A stretch of 64,000 bases of DNA from the human T2T-CHM13v2.0 reference genome, Homo sapiens. The position numbers were made by a program, and so were the translations under genes. The first letter of the stretch is position 1; every line of letters begins with the position of its first letter. The stretch is from assembly GCF_009914755.1 (NCBI RefSeq), contig NC_060928.1; one strand, given 5' to 3'. The notes beneath the pieces are model-generated. The model was not told where the DNA came from and did no database searches. It saw only the letters and a program-made list of their open reading frames with translations. Below are positions 38,946 through 57,300 of the stretch, one piece after another.

Positions 38946-39261
38946 GGCCTGGCGAGGTGGCTCTCACTTGTAATCCCAACACTCTGGGAGGCCAAGGTGG
39001 GTGGATCACTTTAGGTCAGGAGTTCAGACCAGCCTGACCAACATAGTGAAACTGCATCTCTAGTAAAACCACAAAAATTATCTGGGTGTGGTGGCATGCT
39101 CCTGTAATCCCAGTTACTCAGGAGGCTGAGGCATGAGAATCACTTGAACCCGATTGCAGTGAGCCAAGATCCCACTGGAGAAGGTTGCAGTGAGCTGAGA
39201 TCATGCCATTGCACTCCAGCCTGGGTGACAGACTGAGACTGTCCCCTTGCCACACAAAAAA
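38946..39261 (+). mobile_element. AluS (Sz/Sx-like) with an internal duplication
   Basis: Dimeric Alu; TSD GTTGACACTATATTCA / GTTGGCACTATATTTA. Confidence 0.9.
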
Positions 39262-40035
39262 TGTTGGCACTATATTTAAAGTTTAAATGGTAAACATAGG
39301 ATAAGTTGACATCCACATTCTCTTCATAAAACTGTTCTTTGGATTTTGCCTTCTTATTTTCTACGCTGTGTTAGAGATTTTTTAAAAATTCCATTTTGCC
39401 TTTGAAAGAAAAAGCAAACTCCCTAAAGCAAATTCTCTCAAGTTTTTAGAATGATACTGTCTTAAATTGTTGGGAATAGATTTTAATACTACATGTTTAT
39501 GGTGTTACACATTATTTGTTCCCACAAGGAAAGTTAAATCCACAAATAATTTGAAGTCACATTTAGAAGGAAGTTATTCATCCAGAATTGATTTCCAATT
39601 TGAAAAATATTATCAAAAGTCATGTTAAAACAACTGGTCTTATCACTGAATATGAGCCCTACAGATGCCAAATTTAACTTTCCAATTTTGGCTAAAAGTT
39701 GGTGTGAACAGATATATCAGTTTCTTTGAAAAGTCTTATTAACTTGTTGTTCAATTATGATTATTAATCACACTTTTCCACATTCATAAGTTAAATAAGA
39801 TAGTTATGTGATCTGATACATTATATGGTCATCTGAATTAAGTAGAACCACTGTCACCACAACTTAACAACTATGATGTGCCAAGAGGTTTCATAGACTT
39901 TATAGTCTGATTAGGCCTAAGAGCTGGCTTTTAGAATTTACTATCTGTTATTGAAACTGCTTCCTTGACTGGTATATCTAACAGTTTGGTCAGATAACTT
40001 CATCCTAAAATTACAGAAGTGAGAAGGGGTTAAAG

Positions 40036-40564
40036 CAGCAGTCCCCAAACTTTTTGACACCTTTTTGACCAGTTTTGTGGAAGACAATTTTCCGTGGACT
40101 GGGGAAAGGTCCAGGGTTGTTTGAGGATGACTCAATGATTCAAGTGTATAACATTTATTGTGCACTTTATTTCTATTACTATTACACTGTAATAAATAAT
40201 GAAATAATTATACAGCTCACCATAATGTAGAATGAGTGGCAGCCCTGAGCTGTACTAGACAGTCCCATCTGGGGGTTATAGAAGACAGTGACAGATCATC
40301 AGGTATTAGATTTTCATAAGAAGTGTGCAGCCTAGATCCTTCACATGTGCAGTTGACAATATGGTTCATGCTCCTATGAGAATCTAATGTCGCCACTGAT
40401 GTGATAAGAGGTGGAGCTCAGGCGGTAATGCAAGTGATAAGGAGCACCTGTAAATACAGAAGAAGCTTTGCTGGCTTGCCTGCCACTCACCTACTGCTGT
40501 GCGGCTCAGTTCCAACAGACCATGGACCAACACCTGTCCATGGCCCAGGGGTTGGGGACCCCTG
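40036..40564. mobile_element. MER1A hAT-Charlie non-autonomous DNA transposon, complete
   Basis: TIRs CAGCAGTCCCCAA / TTGGGGACCCCTG; perfect 8-bp TSD GGTTAAAG (40028-40035, 40565-40572); about 530 bp. Confidence 0.93.
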
Positions 40565-41141
40565 GGTTAAAGTATGCAGTTTGTGCCTACTTCACTCTCT
40601 CTATTATATATAATATTTGCAATGTATACCATACATCAGAATAATTTTTTTCCTCCATTGACCTTCTACTTTTCCCTTAGAGGCACTCCCCTCTTTACTG
40701 AGTATTGTTTAGTTTTTTCATTGTTCAGTTTGTTTATTTTCTTGTTTTGATTTGTTTTATTTGCCTGAGGGAATAAAATAATTCTTTTAAATGTTGGAAA
40801 ATTTAAAGAGTGAATTCAAAATTATTTCTGCTTTCTGGTCTGTTGTTTTCCCTCCCTGAGGGAATAAATCCTAAAGGAACAATAAAATTAAATGAGGTGG
40901 GCAAGGGGGAAGGCAAAGAAGAATATATTGAATGAAATATAATATTGAAAAATTATTATTCCATCACATTTTTTTTAAACCACACTTACATCACTAGACA
41001 TAACAAATGGTTAGAGATAGAAACTGAAAATGGGAAAGTACAAAATAAATTATGTTTAAAGAAAAAAATCTATCCATAAATTATTTTAAAAATAATTTGT
41101 TGACAATAAGTCTTTTGTTTTAATTGAAAAAGTCACTGTTG

Positions 41142-41641
<500 letters not shown>

Positions 41642-41779
41642 TCAAAAAGTGCAAGGGGTCAGGGAGTTCCCTTTCCTAGTCAAAGAAAGGAGTGACACAC
41701 GGCACCTAGAAAATCAGGTCACTCTCACCCTAATACTGCACTTTTCCAATGGGCTTAAAAAACGGCACACCAGGAGATT

Positions 41780-41896
41780 CTATCCCGCACCTGGCTCAGA
41801 GGGTCCTACGCCCACGGAGTCTCGCTGATTGCTAGCACAGCAGACTGAGATCAAACTGCAAGGTGACAGCGAGGCTGGGGGAGAGGTGCCTGCCAT
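41780..41896 (-). pseudogene. ORF0: L1 ORF0 truncated at 38 aa
   Basis: MAGTSPPASLSPCSLISVCCASNQRDSVGVGPSEPGAG followed by TAG. Confidence 0.8.
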
Positions 41897-42489
41897 TGCC
41901 CAGGCTTGATTAGGTAAACAAAGCAGCCGGGAAGCTCGAACTGGGTGGAGCCCACCACAGCTCAAGGAGGCCTGCCTGCCTCTATAGGCTCCATCTCTGG
42001 GGGCAGGGCACAGACAAACAAAAAGACAGCAGTAACCTCTGCAGACTTAAATGTCCCTGTCTGACAGCTTTGAAGAGAGTAGTGGTTCTCCCAGCACGCA
42101 GCTGGAGATCTGAGAACGGGCAGACTGCCTCCTCAAGTGGGTCCCTGACCCCCAAGCAGCCTAACTGGGAGGCATCCCCCAGTAGGGGCAGACTGACACA
42201 TCGCACGGCCGGGTACTCCTCTGAGACAAAACTTCCAGAGGAATGATCAGGCAGCAGCATTTGTGGATCACTAATATCCGCTGTTCTACATCCACCACTG
42301 TTCTGCAGCCACCGCTGCTGATACCCAGGCAAACAGGGTCTGGAGTGGACCTCTAGCAAACTCCAACAGACCTGCAGCTGAGGGTCCTGTCTGTTAGAAG
42401 GAAAACTAACAAACAGAAAGGACATCCACACCAAAAACCCATCTGTACGTCACCATCATCAAAGACCAAAAGTAGATAAAACCACAAAG

Positions 42490-43505
42490 ATGGGGAAAAA
42501 ACAAAGAAGAAAAACCGGAAACTAAAAAGCAGAGCACCTCTCCTCCTCCAAAGGAACACAGCTTCTCACCAGCGATGGAACAAAGCTGGATGGAGAATGA
42601 CTTTGATGAGTTGAGAGAAGAAGGCTTCAGATGATCAAACTACTCCAAGCTACAAGAGGAAATTCAAACCCATGGCAAAGAAGTTAAAAACTTTGAAAAA
42701 AAAATTAGATGAATGGATAACTAGAATAACCAATACAGAGAAGTCCTTAAAGGAGCTGATGGAGCTGAAAGCCAAGGCTCAAGAACTACGTGAAGAATGC
42801 AGAAGCCTCAGGAGCCGATGCGAGCAACTGGAAGAAAGGGTATCAGTGATGGAAGACGAAATGAATGAAATGAAGTAAGAAGGGCAGTTTAGAGAAAAAA
42901 GAATAAAAAGACATGAACAAAGCCTCCAAGAAATATGGGACTATGTGAAAAGACCAAATCTATGTCTGATTGGTGTACCTGAAAGTGACGGGGAGAACGG
43001 AACCAAGTTGGAAAACACTCTGCAGGATATTATCCAGGAGAACTTCCCCAATCTAGCAAGGCAGGCCAACACTCAGATTCAGGAAATACAGAGAACACCA
43101 CAAAGATACTTCTCGAGAAGAGCAACTTCAAGACACATAATTGTCAGATTCACCAAAGTTGAAATGAAGGAAAAAATGTTAAGGGCAGCCAGAGAGAAAG
43201 GTCGGGTTACCCACAAAGGGAAGCCCATCAGACTAACAGCCGATCTCTCGGCAGAAACTCTGCAAGCCAGAATAGAGTGGGGGCCAATATTCAACATTCT
43301 TAAAGAAAAGAATTTTCAACCCAGAATTTCATATCCAGCCAAACTAAGCTTCATAAGTGAAGGAGAAATAAAATACTTTACAGATAAGCAAATGCTGACC
43401 GATTTTGTCACCACCAGGCCTGCCCTAAAAGAGCTCCTGAAGGAAGCGCTAAACATGGAAAGGAAAAACTGGTACCAGCCACTGCAAAAACATGCCAAAA
43501 TGTAA
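42490..43505 (+). pseudogene. L1 ORF1p, disabled
   Basis: ATGGGGAAAAAA at 42490; frameshifts and stops; intact C-terminal fragment 42945-43505. Confidence 0.92.
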
Positions 43506-43553
43506 AGACCATCAAGGCTAGGAAGAAACTGCATCAACTAACGAGCAAAATAA

Positions 43554-47395
<3,842 letters not shown>

Positions 47396-47615
47396 ACAAT
47401 GAGAACACGTGGACACAGGAAGGGGAACATCACACTCTGGGGACTGTTGTGGGGTGGGGGAAGAGGGTAGAGATAGCATTAGGAGATATACCTAATGCTA
47501 AATGACGAGTTAATGGGTGCAGCACACCAACATGGCACATGTATACATATGTAACAAACCTGCACATTGTGCACATGTACCTTAAAACTTAAAGTATAAT
47601 AATAATAAAATAAAA

Positions 47616-47646
<31 letters not shown>

Positions 47647-49619
47647 AAAAAGTTATTGTTATCATGCCTTGCCACTAAATGTAGTTACAATACATAATTA
47701 AATTATTATCACAACATCACTACTAAAATATAATTTTTGCCTTCATAATTATGTTAGTTAAGATCTGTTTGCTACAGAAAACAAAAAGCCCTTGCAAGGT
47801 TTTGTTTGAAATATAATTTTACTATAAAAATACCACTCCCTAAAGAGAGCAAAACCACCTCCTGCTACTCCCCTCACCATACCGTGTTCTAGAGATTTCA
47901 TCTTTTGTTTACGATGGATCATCATGAATCTAACTACTCTTTTTTACATACCCATAGAACTATTTTTAATTCATTATGTTTTGGCAGACTGGGGACTATA
48001 GATTTATCTCTTGATGAATCTATAACATTTTTAATGTGCCCTACTTGTTATAGAAATGTATTATACTTAAAACCTGTACTTTGCTCAGTGTCATATTTAT
48101 AGCCTCAGCACTGAGAAAAGATACTCTCTAGATCAATTGTCCCATTTAAGCCCAAGGAATCTGTGAACTTTGCAACTAATCATGTTTTATTCTTTGCTTT
48201 GGTCTATAGGTAGCTCACAGGCAAATATACAGAAATGTGTAAGTATGTTTTCATTAATAACCTTGCCTTTTGGTTCATTTAATTCTTCTACCACTATTTT
48301 TCCCTTTTCCTGATATCTTTATTTCTTAACTCTGTTAGGTTGTACATTATTTTGTAAGCTATCCCAAATTGTTTTTAGAATAGAGTAGCATACTTTAAAA
48401 GTACACATTGAATAATTATTGAAAGTAATGTTTCCAATTAATTTTTTCTAATTAGGAGTGCATTTAAAAAATTAAATATTACATAAAGGAAAGGGGGAAA
48501 GAGCATGTTGACTGTGATGTTAAATTTCATATTACTTTATTTCATGTTTACCTTCTCAAGTCTTTTAGCTTTTATACTACAATTTATCAAAAAAGTTGAT
48601 TAGTTTAATGAAAAAGAATACTGCTGGCCTTATGGAGTTGTCTTAGTCACCATCGTAACTATGTACGGTTACTGAAGAACATTTATAGAAAAAAACATTG
48701 GTTTAATATTTCTGCTTTAAGATTCTAAAATAGTATTCCACATTGAGGCAAATCCAACTGTCTTATTCCAGGAAAGTCCATGCATATGGCCTCTGCCAGC
48801 TTCTGAATAACAAAGGAGAAAAATGTGTAAGAATTAATTTCATGTTTACATAGCTTTTGCCTTTGGGTTTTTGAAGTGAAGCCACTACTGTTATTTACAG
48901 GACTAGAATAACATCCATAAGCATGACTTACATTGGACTCATTTTGATAATTGTGGCTTATGCTGTGTCATTTAAAATGCTTCATTTGTTGCTGCTTCAT
49001 CTCAACTGGGCCCTAGATGTGATACTGTACAGAGAGGTCAGGAATTGAATGACCCTAAAGTTGAATTCTCAGTAAGTCTAAACAAGTGAACAATTCATGA
49101 CTATAGGCACAATGGCAAGTGCCTACACAATTCAAGTTGATAGATGGCTTATGAGCATAAACAGACAAGGAAGTAACAAAATAGCCAATCAGAACTTGGG
49201 GATTCCTGATTTTTCTGTAGCAGTTAATATAGCTTGTTATGTGAAACAAAAGGAGAGCAGAGCTTAATTCTTACTGTAGTGGCTAACATTGGCCACACTT
49301 TGATCCAGAGCACATGTTTAAAGTCTGCCTTAACAAGCAGTGGCTTGAAAGAAAAGCTTCATTTGAAGATGAATTCTCAGTAAATCATGAGTCTTGCACA
49401 AAGATCTGAAAAATCTATACTTGTTTCTGCATGGCAAGAGAGTCTGTGAATGTGGTGGTCCTCACAAAAAGAACATTGACTGTTGCCACTTTAGTCCAAT
49501 GCATTGGGTCACCATCAATGATATCATCTTTTAAAAAAATAGACATGGAAGTGTATGCACACATATCAATAGATATGAATTTAAATCTCCATCAGTAATC
49601 TACATTAATTACCTTCTAG

Positions 49620-49775
49620 AAATTCTCGATGTTTAAACCAGTCTAATGAGGATTATATTATCTTTTTCATTTTACAGATAAAGAAACTGACTTCAGTAAA
49701 GATAAGTGAGTAGCCGAAAATCCCACTTAAAGAGGCAAAACCGTATTGGAACCAATGTTACAATGAATCCTAGTA
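49620..49775 (-). mobile_element. MIR fragment
   Basis: CATTTTACAGATAAAGAAACTGA core. Confidence 0.65.
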
Positions 49776-50437
49776 GGTAATTATTTTTCTCCCACTTATG
49801 TTGCTCCATTGTATGCTACATATTGTAGGTTACGACCTTTCTTTTTCGATTGGATTTTTTTTTCTGTTACTCTTATAAGCATGTGTACATCTGTCTCATC
49901 CTGATTCTGTGTCTTCTGAGGGCAATAGCTCAAATGTCACCTCATACTCCGTGCGGCTATATGGCCAGGTTCTCACCTCTCTTTTAGTCCTTATCACTTC
50001 GCTAAAGTGCTGTGTTTTCACATCTAGTTCTGATATAATATGAGTACCTGCAGGGCAACTGCCTCACAACATTCTCTCTGAATCTCCAGCACATGGACTG
50101 GTCCAAACAACACTTAAAAAAAAAAATAAAGATCCATTAATTCACATATTATTTCCATATAACAACTTGATTATTTGGACCTAGAAATTTGGAATTTGTG
50201 GATATTCCTAGCAAGGATTCAATAAGAAATGTTTGCATTCTATATGGAGCTTCTTGGAGAGGAAAACAGCTTCCTTTCTGTTCTTTACCTCATCCTCCAG
50301 CTGGACGTCTTTCTTTCAAGCTGGAAGAGTCTTCATCTCTCTCCTTCACGTAGGTACAGAATGGGAGGAGGTAAGGAGTTAGGTCTACCATGGCAATCAA
50401 TAGAGTATCTGGATCAATAGTTTTATAATCTTCACTA

Positions 50438-50736
50438 GGCCATGCGCAGTGGCCCATGCCTGTAATCCTAGCACTTTGGAAGGCCACGGCGGGCGGATCA
50501 CGAGGTCAGGAGATCAAGACCATCATGGCCAACATGATGAAACCCCGTCTCTACTAAAAATACAAAAATTAGCCGGGCATGGTGGTGCACGCCTATAGTC
50601 CCAGGAACTCAGGAAGCTGAGGCAGGAGAATCGCTTGAATCAGGGAGGCGGATGTTACAGTGACCTGAGATCCTGCCACTGTACTCCAGCCTGGGGGACA
50701 GAGCGAGACTCCATCTCAAAAAAAAAAAAAAAAAAG
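50438..50736 (+). mobile_element. AluSc-like
   Basis: GATCACGAGGTCAGGAGATCAAGACCATC..GGCCAACATG; 22-bp TSD at 50416-50437 and 50737-50758. Confidence 0.92.
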
Positions 50737-52349
50737 AATAGTTTTATAATCTGCACTAACAATATGTAAAAGCTCTCTAGCAAGACAAAATACTCAGCAC
50801 ACTCCAGATGGGTTACAGTTTTATCTCTTGAGTTGATCAATAGGCAATTCCCACAAGTTTAGAGGAGGAATCACTTACATATCAAAAGCTATGTCCCAAG
50901 GTTCTGACTTTCTCTCTACTCCCTGCATTTTCAAAAGGGATGATATTCTAAAGACTGAAAAATTGTTTTTGGGGGGAGCAAAAATATATGACATACACAA
51001 ACAGATATACAGCATTTCTGTATTATTAAAATGTCCTACAGTAGGATGTTTGAAAAAATGTCAAAAGGCTCCTTAGGGAGCAATAGTGAAAACAAGTTTG
51101 AGAAATGCTGTTCTAACTCTAAATTTTCTTCATTCTCCATGGTATAATTTACCACAATTATCCAACAAATAATACATTTTGTAGTACAATAAAATTCTTA
51201 GATACAAAGTATATAATTGAGGTGACTCACAGATATGATTTATACCACCTAATCAAAAGTGCACACACACATTTAAAGTGTGAAACAATCACCTCCAGGT
51301 ATTCTTGTTATAATTTACTTTATTTCAAAGGAAGATTTTAAAAGATAAATACATTTAAAACATAAAAGATTCTGCCTTATGTTGCCATCATATGGGCAAT
51401 TCCATCATCCACCCATCAATCCAGTCTTCTTTATATCTTTGAACATATAGCCATTTTATCCTGTTGAACTCCAAGGTACAAGTACTCTAGCTTCTAGTCA
51501 CTGTTTCTGGTGTCTTAGGCCACATCACACCATTGTCTGGTCAGCATCCCCTTGAAAAGGAGATTTCTAAAAGCTGTTTATGATTATCTCACATTGGAAG
51601 ACAAGGAAACGATAGCAAATGTCTGTTTTATATGAAGTGAAACGACTTCACTTAAAAAAAAAAGCAAAAGTTTAACATGTTGTATTAATCAGCAAAACTC
51701 TGCTGCAAAATGTTTTAATTTTTGGTATTACTAAACTTTGTCTCCCTAGGCAGGATAGATTAGTTGAGCCAATAATAAGATCTCTACTTATAATTGATAC
51801 GTCTGATGTGTAAATAAGCCACCAGCATGGCATTTCTTCATCTGAGGTAAGAACCCAGGGGAAGAAGGAAATTTGAGGACCAGAACCTTCTTTCAAACCA
51901 CTAGAGCAAGGAGTGAGGAGGAGAGGATGGGAAGGGTACCATGGGGGACCAATCCCTAGTCAGGTTGGGACCTGTTTAAAGGCTTCCCTGAGACCCAGCT
52001 GAACCTCTAATCCTCTAGCAGAAGCCTTGGTGGAACAATGAAGCCATTGGCCAATCAGGATCATGTAACTTTGCATCCGGCTAACTTCGGATGCAAAATT
52101 GCCCCTGAGGGGATATCCCTGGAGTTCTGTCTCAGAAAAAGGAGGAGGAAATGGAGCTGAAGGCTCTTCTGATGCCTTTTATTTTTGTCCGCTGCATCTG
52201 ACAGATGTATTACTTTTTCTTTATTCCCACAACTTGATTGAGAGCCAGATGTGATTCTTTTATGTGGGTCAAATAGAAATTTTCTTAATTCCTCTGGTTT
52301 ATCCAAAGGCTCTCTATATAATACTTATCACTCCTCACAAACCATAGAG

Positions 52350-52540
52350 TCCAAGAACCATAAAGATTTAGGGCTGAAAGAGCATATAACATCATCTGGC
52401 TTCCCCAGAGCAAGAACTTCCCTTCTAACCAAGCTCCTTATTTTACAGATGAGCTCAGAAAGATTGCTTTCCTGAGGCTTCTTTTGTTAGCATGTCCAGA
52501 TTCCGAATATGGGCTTACAGATTCCATGTTCAGCACTTTT
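52350..52540 (-). mobile_element. MIR fragment
   Basis: TTATTTTACAGATGAG..CTCAGAAAG core. Confidence 0.5.
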
Positions 52541-52923
52541 TCTGAACTTGGATGTATCCTGCGTGCCACTCCCACTCATCAATTTCCCCTTACTCTCCAA
52601 CCTGATTCTCCCGACCTATGACTCCCCTTTGAAGTTGTTCCCACCTGGCCCTTCCTCCATTTGGTATATCAACCTCGCTATCCTAAAAAGCACTACAGCA
52701 TTGCTTAATTATCCATCAGGTGTCTCTGCCCTTGTCACTTAGCAGAAGCTGTCCTCACCTTTCCCTATCTGCATATGTTCTCTCTTTCCATTATAACCAT
52801 CTCCCATTCTTCCAAATTGTTCTTACAAAGAACGCCAGTTACATTATGCCAACTCTACATTTCCTTTATAATCATTTTCTCACCAAACTCTAATTTTTTA
52901 AATACTCTTCTTAAAACATCATT

Positions 52924-53522
52924 CTAGTTCAACCATTGTGGAAGTCAGTGTGGCGATTCCTCAGGAATCTAGAACTAGAAATACCATTTGACCCAGCCAT
53001 CCCTTTACTGGGTATATACCCAAAGGACTATAAATCATGCTGCTATAAAGACACATGCTCACGTATGTTTATTGCGGCACTATTCACAATAGCAAAGACT
53101 TGGAACCAACCCAAATGTCCAACAATGATAGACTGGATTAAGAAAATGTGGCACATATACACCATGGAATACTATGCAGCCATAAAAAATGATGAGTTCA
53201 TGTCCTTTGTAGGAACATGGATGAAACTGGAAATCATCATTCTCAGTAAACTATCGCAAGAACAAAAAACCAAACACTGCATATTCTCACTCATAGGTGG
53301 GAATTGAACAATGAGATCACATGGACACAGGAAGGGGAACATCACACTCTGGGGACTGTTGTGGGGTCGGGGGAGGGGGGAGGGATAGCATTGGGAGATA
53401 TACCTAATGCTAGATGACGAGTTAGTGGGTGCAGCGCACCAGCATGGCACATGTATACATATGTAACTAACCTGCACAATGTGCACATGTACCCTAAAAC
53501 TTAAAGTATAATAATAAAAGAA
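52924..53522 (+). mobile_element. 5'-truncated L1PA2/3-like element, about 600 bp, inserted in L2 (L1 #4)
   Basis: ORF2 end and 3'UTR; canonical TT/AAAA site; TSD AAAACATCATTC / AAAAAATCATTC. Confidence 0.95.
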
Positions 53523-53539
53523 AAAAAATCATTCATCAA

Positions 53540-54300
53540 ATAGTCTAAGCTTCTATTACTCTCTCAGCCCTGGGGTAATCATTGCAGATAAAAAGAAAAC
53601 ATGGTTCACACTGTTTAAGAGCCCAGTTTTGAAATTCTCTCTCCCATTGACATCTTTCATTGCTCAATTTACTTACAACTTTTTCTCAAACTTTTTAACT
53701 CTCTTCTTACTCTGTCTAGCCCTTAAATGCTGCTGTTGTTTCCAGAGTACTGTTTATGAGTTTCTTTTTCTTCTCTGCTAAAAGAAACCTCTATTCTTGT
53801 CCTTATGTATACTCTTAACCTACCAATCTGGATTTCCAACTATCTATTAGACACTTCTACCTAATGGTCCTGAAAGCACTCACATTACAATGTCTAAAAA
53901 TAACCCATTATCTTGCTACCTTCCCTCATCCTGTGACTTCTCCTCTAGTGTTCCCTGTCTGTCCTAAGACTATAATTGTCTAATATTTGCCAAGTCACTT
54001 AGACAAGAAACTGAGGAGGAATTTTTTATTTTTCCCTTTTCCTCCTCATATTCTATGTACAAATATTCAGTAAAAAACCCTGCAGAAACTGCTTCCTAAA
54101 TATCTCTCAAATGTTTCTCTTTCATTCAAGTGTTACTGTCCTTGTTCAATGTGAAGTCCTCATTGTGTTTCATCTGTGCCATGGCATTGGCATCCCAAAG
54201 TCCCCTGTCTCCCTGTTCTAATCCACACACCCCTGTCCTGCCAGAATTATCTTCCTAAAACATAGATTTAATTGTATAAGTTTTATAGTTAAGAATTCCC
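53540..54300 (+). mobile_element. L2 fragment
   Basis: CCTTAAATGCTG, ATTTCCAACTATCTATTAGACA, CTTCCTAAATATCTCTCAAAT motifs. Confidence 0.65.
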
Positions 54301-57300
54301 CATATATATTTAAGTCTTGGTTTTATACCTTGATTCAAAGAAGATTTAAAATATCTCACAAAAATATGTGAAAATAAGACATTAAAAACAAAGAATTTAA
54401 AGTGGAAAAGCAGATGAAGTCACAGGTGAAGGTCGAGTCTACAAGTCCAGGCATTTTCTACTGACAAACACAGATTTGGCTTTGAAAAGACAGTCCAAAG
54501 AGCAAAAGATGACTTCTAATAATTATTCTTGCGTATGTTTGCTTCTTATGACAAATTGTACATTCCGAGTATAGTTATGTCTGCTTTCTGTTTAAGTTTT
54601 GTATTCACTAGAACTTCGTGTGCTACTTCATTAACATGGACAAAAGCACTGTCTTTAATTAAAATGAATAATTCCACCTCATTAATATCTTGACATTCCT
54701 ACCCTTCCTTATTCCTTATGGGTGTTTGCATAAATACTACACAATTAGTAAGTGCTAAATATGATATGTAAAAAACACATACCGAGTACTCTAATCTACC
54801 ACCCCAACACATACACATATACAGTCAAACCATTGATCATAAATCAGTTTCTCCCTTGAGTTTTCACCTTGTGTTACACATCAGTTAGTCTTTCCACAAA
54901 TGACCTTACCAGGTAACAGAGTTTTCCTTTGGAACTACATGATTTATTAGGAAAGATAGTCAAGATTGCCGATCAGGTAAGCACATTGTGGACATGGTAT
55001 AACTGGATAAGCTCTTCTAGGAACAGAAGCACATGTTCTTAAAACAACAACTGCGCTAATAGTGTATGTATGTTTTGGAGTGGAATGGAAAGAGTGCATC
55101 TGGTATTCATTTGGAAAATAAATTAAAGGGAAGCTATTATTAGAGATTATAGTTTGCCTTCTTAACATTTATAAGCTTTCTGAAATTATTCTAGTTGTGG
55201 TAGTGAAGTGGCATACTTCTTTCTATTTTGAATAAAGGAGCTATAAGCATTTCTATTATGATCTTCATTTATGTATATGTTATTTATGTTTGTTGTGAGA
55301 GTTGATGTCTACAGCTAGGCAAAAATGACATTTCATGCATTTGTGCTGATGGATTTGGAAAGGGAAGAAACAAAGTTTTTCATGCTGAAGAATTAATGGT
55401 AGCCATATGATCTTTTCAACATTAATATGATTAACAGAGGATGGAGTACCGTTAGGTTTTATAAAGATACTCCATTAAAAGCATGAGGCTGGGCATACAC
55501 TGTGCACAGCATCAGGTACTAATCACAGACACATACTTCGCAGGTTCTGGTGTTTCTGTTTAAAAGCTCTGCTGCCACAGCATCGTACAATCACTGCCTC
55601 GACATATTGTTGACAAGAACTGCCAAGCACCTCGCCTTCATTTCTCACACAAGAAAGCAACAGAGAGTTGGAAATAATCTTCAACATGACACCGATTATA
55701 CTTTTTTCAGCTGGAGCACAGATACCCTTCCATTTGTACCCTCTTAGCTAACTCACAGATTTTTTTTTAAACATTCTTCTAGTTCTAGGAAATGCAAATA
55801 AAAGAAGAAATGTGTGGCTATGACACCATTTTAAACATGTGTCATCCATTCCATACTAAAACTCATGGTTTTGTTGAAGTTTGGGGTATCTCTTTTTTTC
55901 TTTGTTAACGTTTTAATACATAAAATAAAATGTAAGAGTGGACTTGTACAAACAAGAAAAAAGGTTATTTAGCATACTGTATGGATAGGTTTGATTTTCA
56001 ACATGAAGAAAATGAGTTTCACTGAATATGTGCTACGTGGCTTACTTATGAATCTATAACTCGAGATGATTTCCTCTTAGTGTTGGGCATAATCAATTTA
56101 TCCTCATCCTAATGGGAAAGTGAATTTCCCCAGTCTGAAACCTTCTTCTTTGTTTCCCAAAGCCAAGATTGTTCTTACTCTTTAGAATCGCTCTTCCAAA
56201 TGTAGTCAATAGCATGTGTAGCCTTGGAAGTGGTATAGCAAAGTATCCTAGTGGGAAAGGAGACTCCAGGGCTTTGTAACTCAGAGCTTTTCATCCTTAA
56301 AACCTAGGCACTAGACACTAAATAATATGTAATTTGTACTTTTAATCCCACATATCATTTGTTGACTTCATTTGTTGACTGCATTTCCGTTTAAGATAAT
56401 GAAAAATTCCAATACAAAGTAGCCTTTGTGAAAATCTTACAATAATTTTCCTACTACTACCTTTTAAATGAGGGATAATGTAGTATAGCCTTCTAACGAC
56501 TACTGCTTTCTGCAATCAATATTATGAAAGTTTTCTTAATTATTTCAGATCAGATAGATGCATTAAACAATTACTCAAATCCAAAGATCTAGTGATAGTG
56601 AGTGGAAATAAATATATGAACAGGAGATCCCTAGATTTAATCCATGACCTGGACTGGACTGAAAGGAGTTTCTGTTTCCTGTCTTTTTACAAGTTAAAGA
56701 GAAGTTATAAGAGTGGCTGGTTGGGTGGGCTTAAATAATATCAATTTCCAAAATTATGAGTGAACACTCACATAAGTATCTGAGTAATTCAGCAACTTGA
56801 AACTATGTAACAGAACTGAAAAAAATATAACTGACATCATTCTATTTTGTGTCCTCTTAATTTGTAGGAATAAGTGGGTTTTAGAAATGAATTTAGGAAG
56901 ATAATTGTGTATTTCATGTAACTGTAACACAAAAGTTTTTATCCCCTTTCCCCCCTTTTCTTGAAAGTCAATCTCAGACCATGTTCCATGTAGAGAAGTT
57001 TCTTCTAAATCAATGGCATGTATTTTCATAAGATATATAACGTATAGCTGTATTTCTAAATGTCAGAATTAACTCTTTTTTTGATGGATAGCTTTATTCC
57101 CTAGAAGTTTCTTGTTAATGTATCCTAACTCTTTAACTTTAGCTTATTTTAGAGTAAAAAATATTTTTCAAAAATTGATCAACTCTTACTATGCATTAGA
57201 AGATTACAATGGCACTTAATTTCCACCCTTTGTTGGTTATACAAATACATGGATGAGTTGGCCCTGAAGCCACCCACATCCTGGTACATACTACACACAT

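Noticed and set aside
56356-56385. 13-bp tandem duplication CATTTGTTGACT(T/G); similar ones near 21245 and 22720
   Set aside because: Ordinary slippage duplications, with no array or spacer structure
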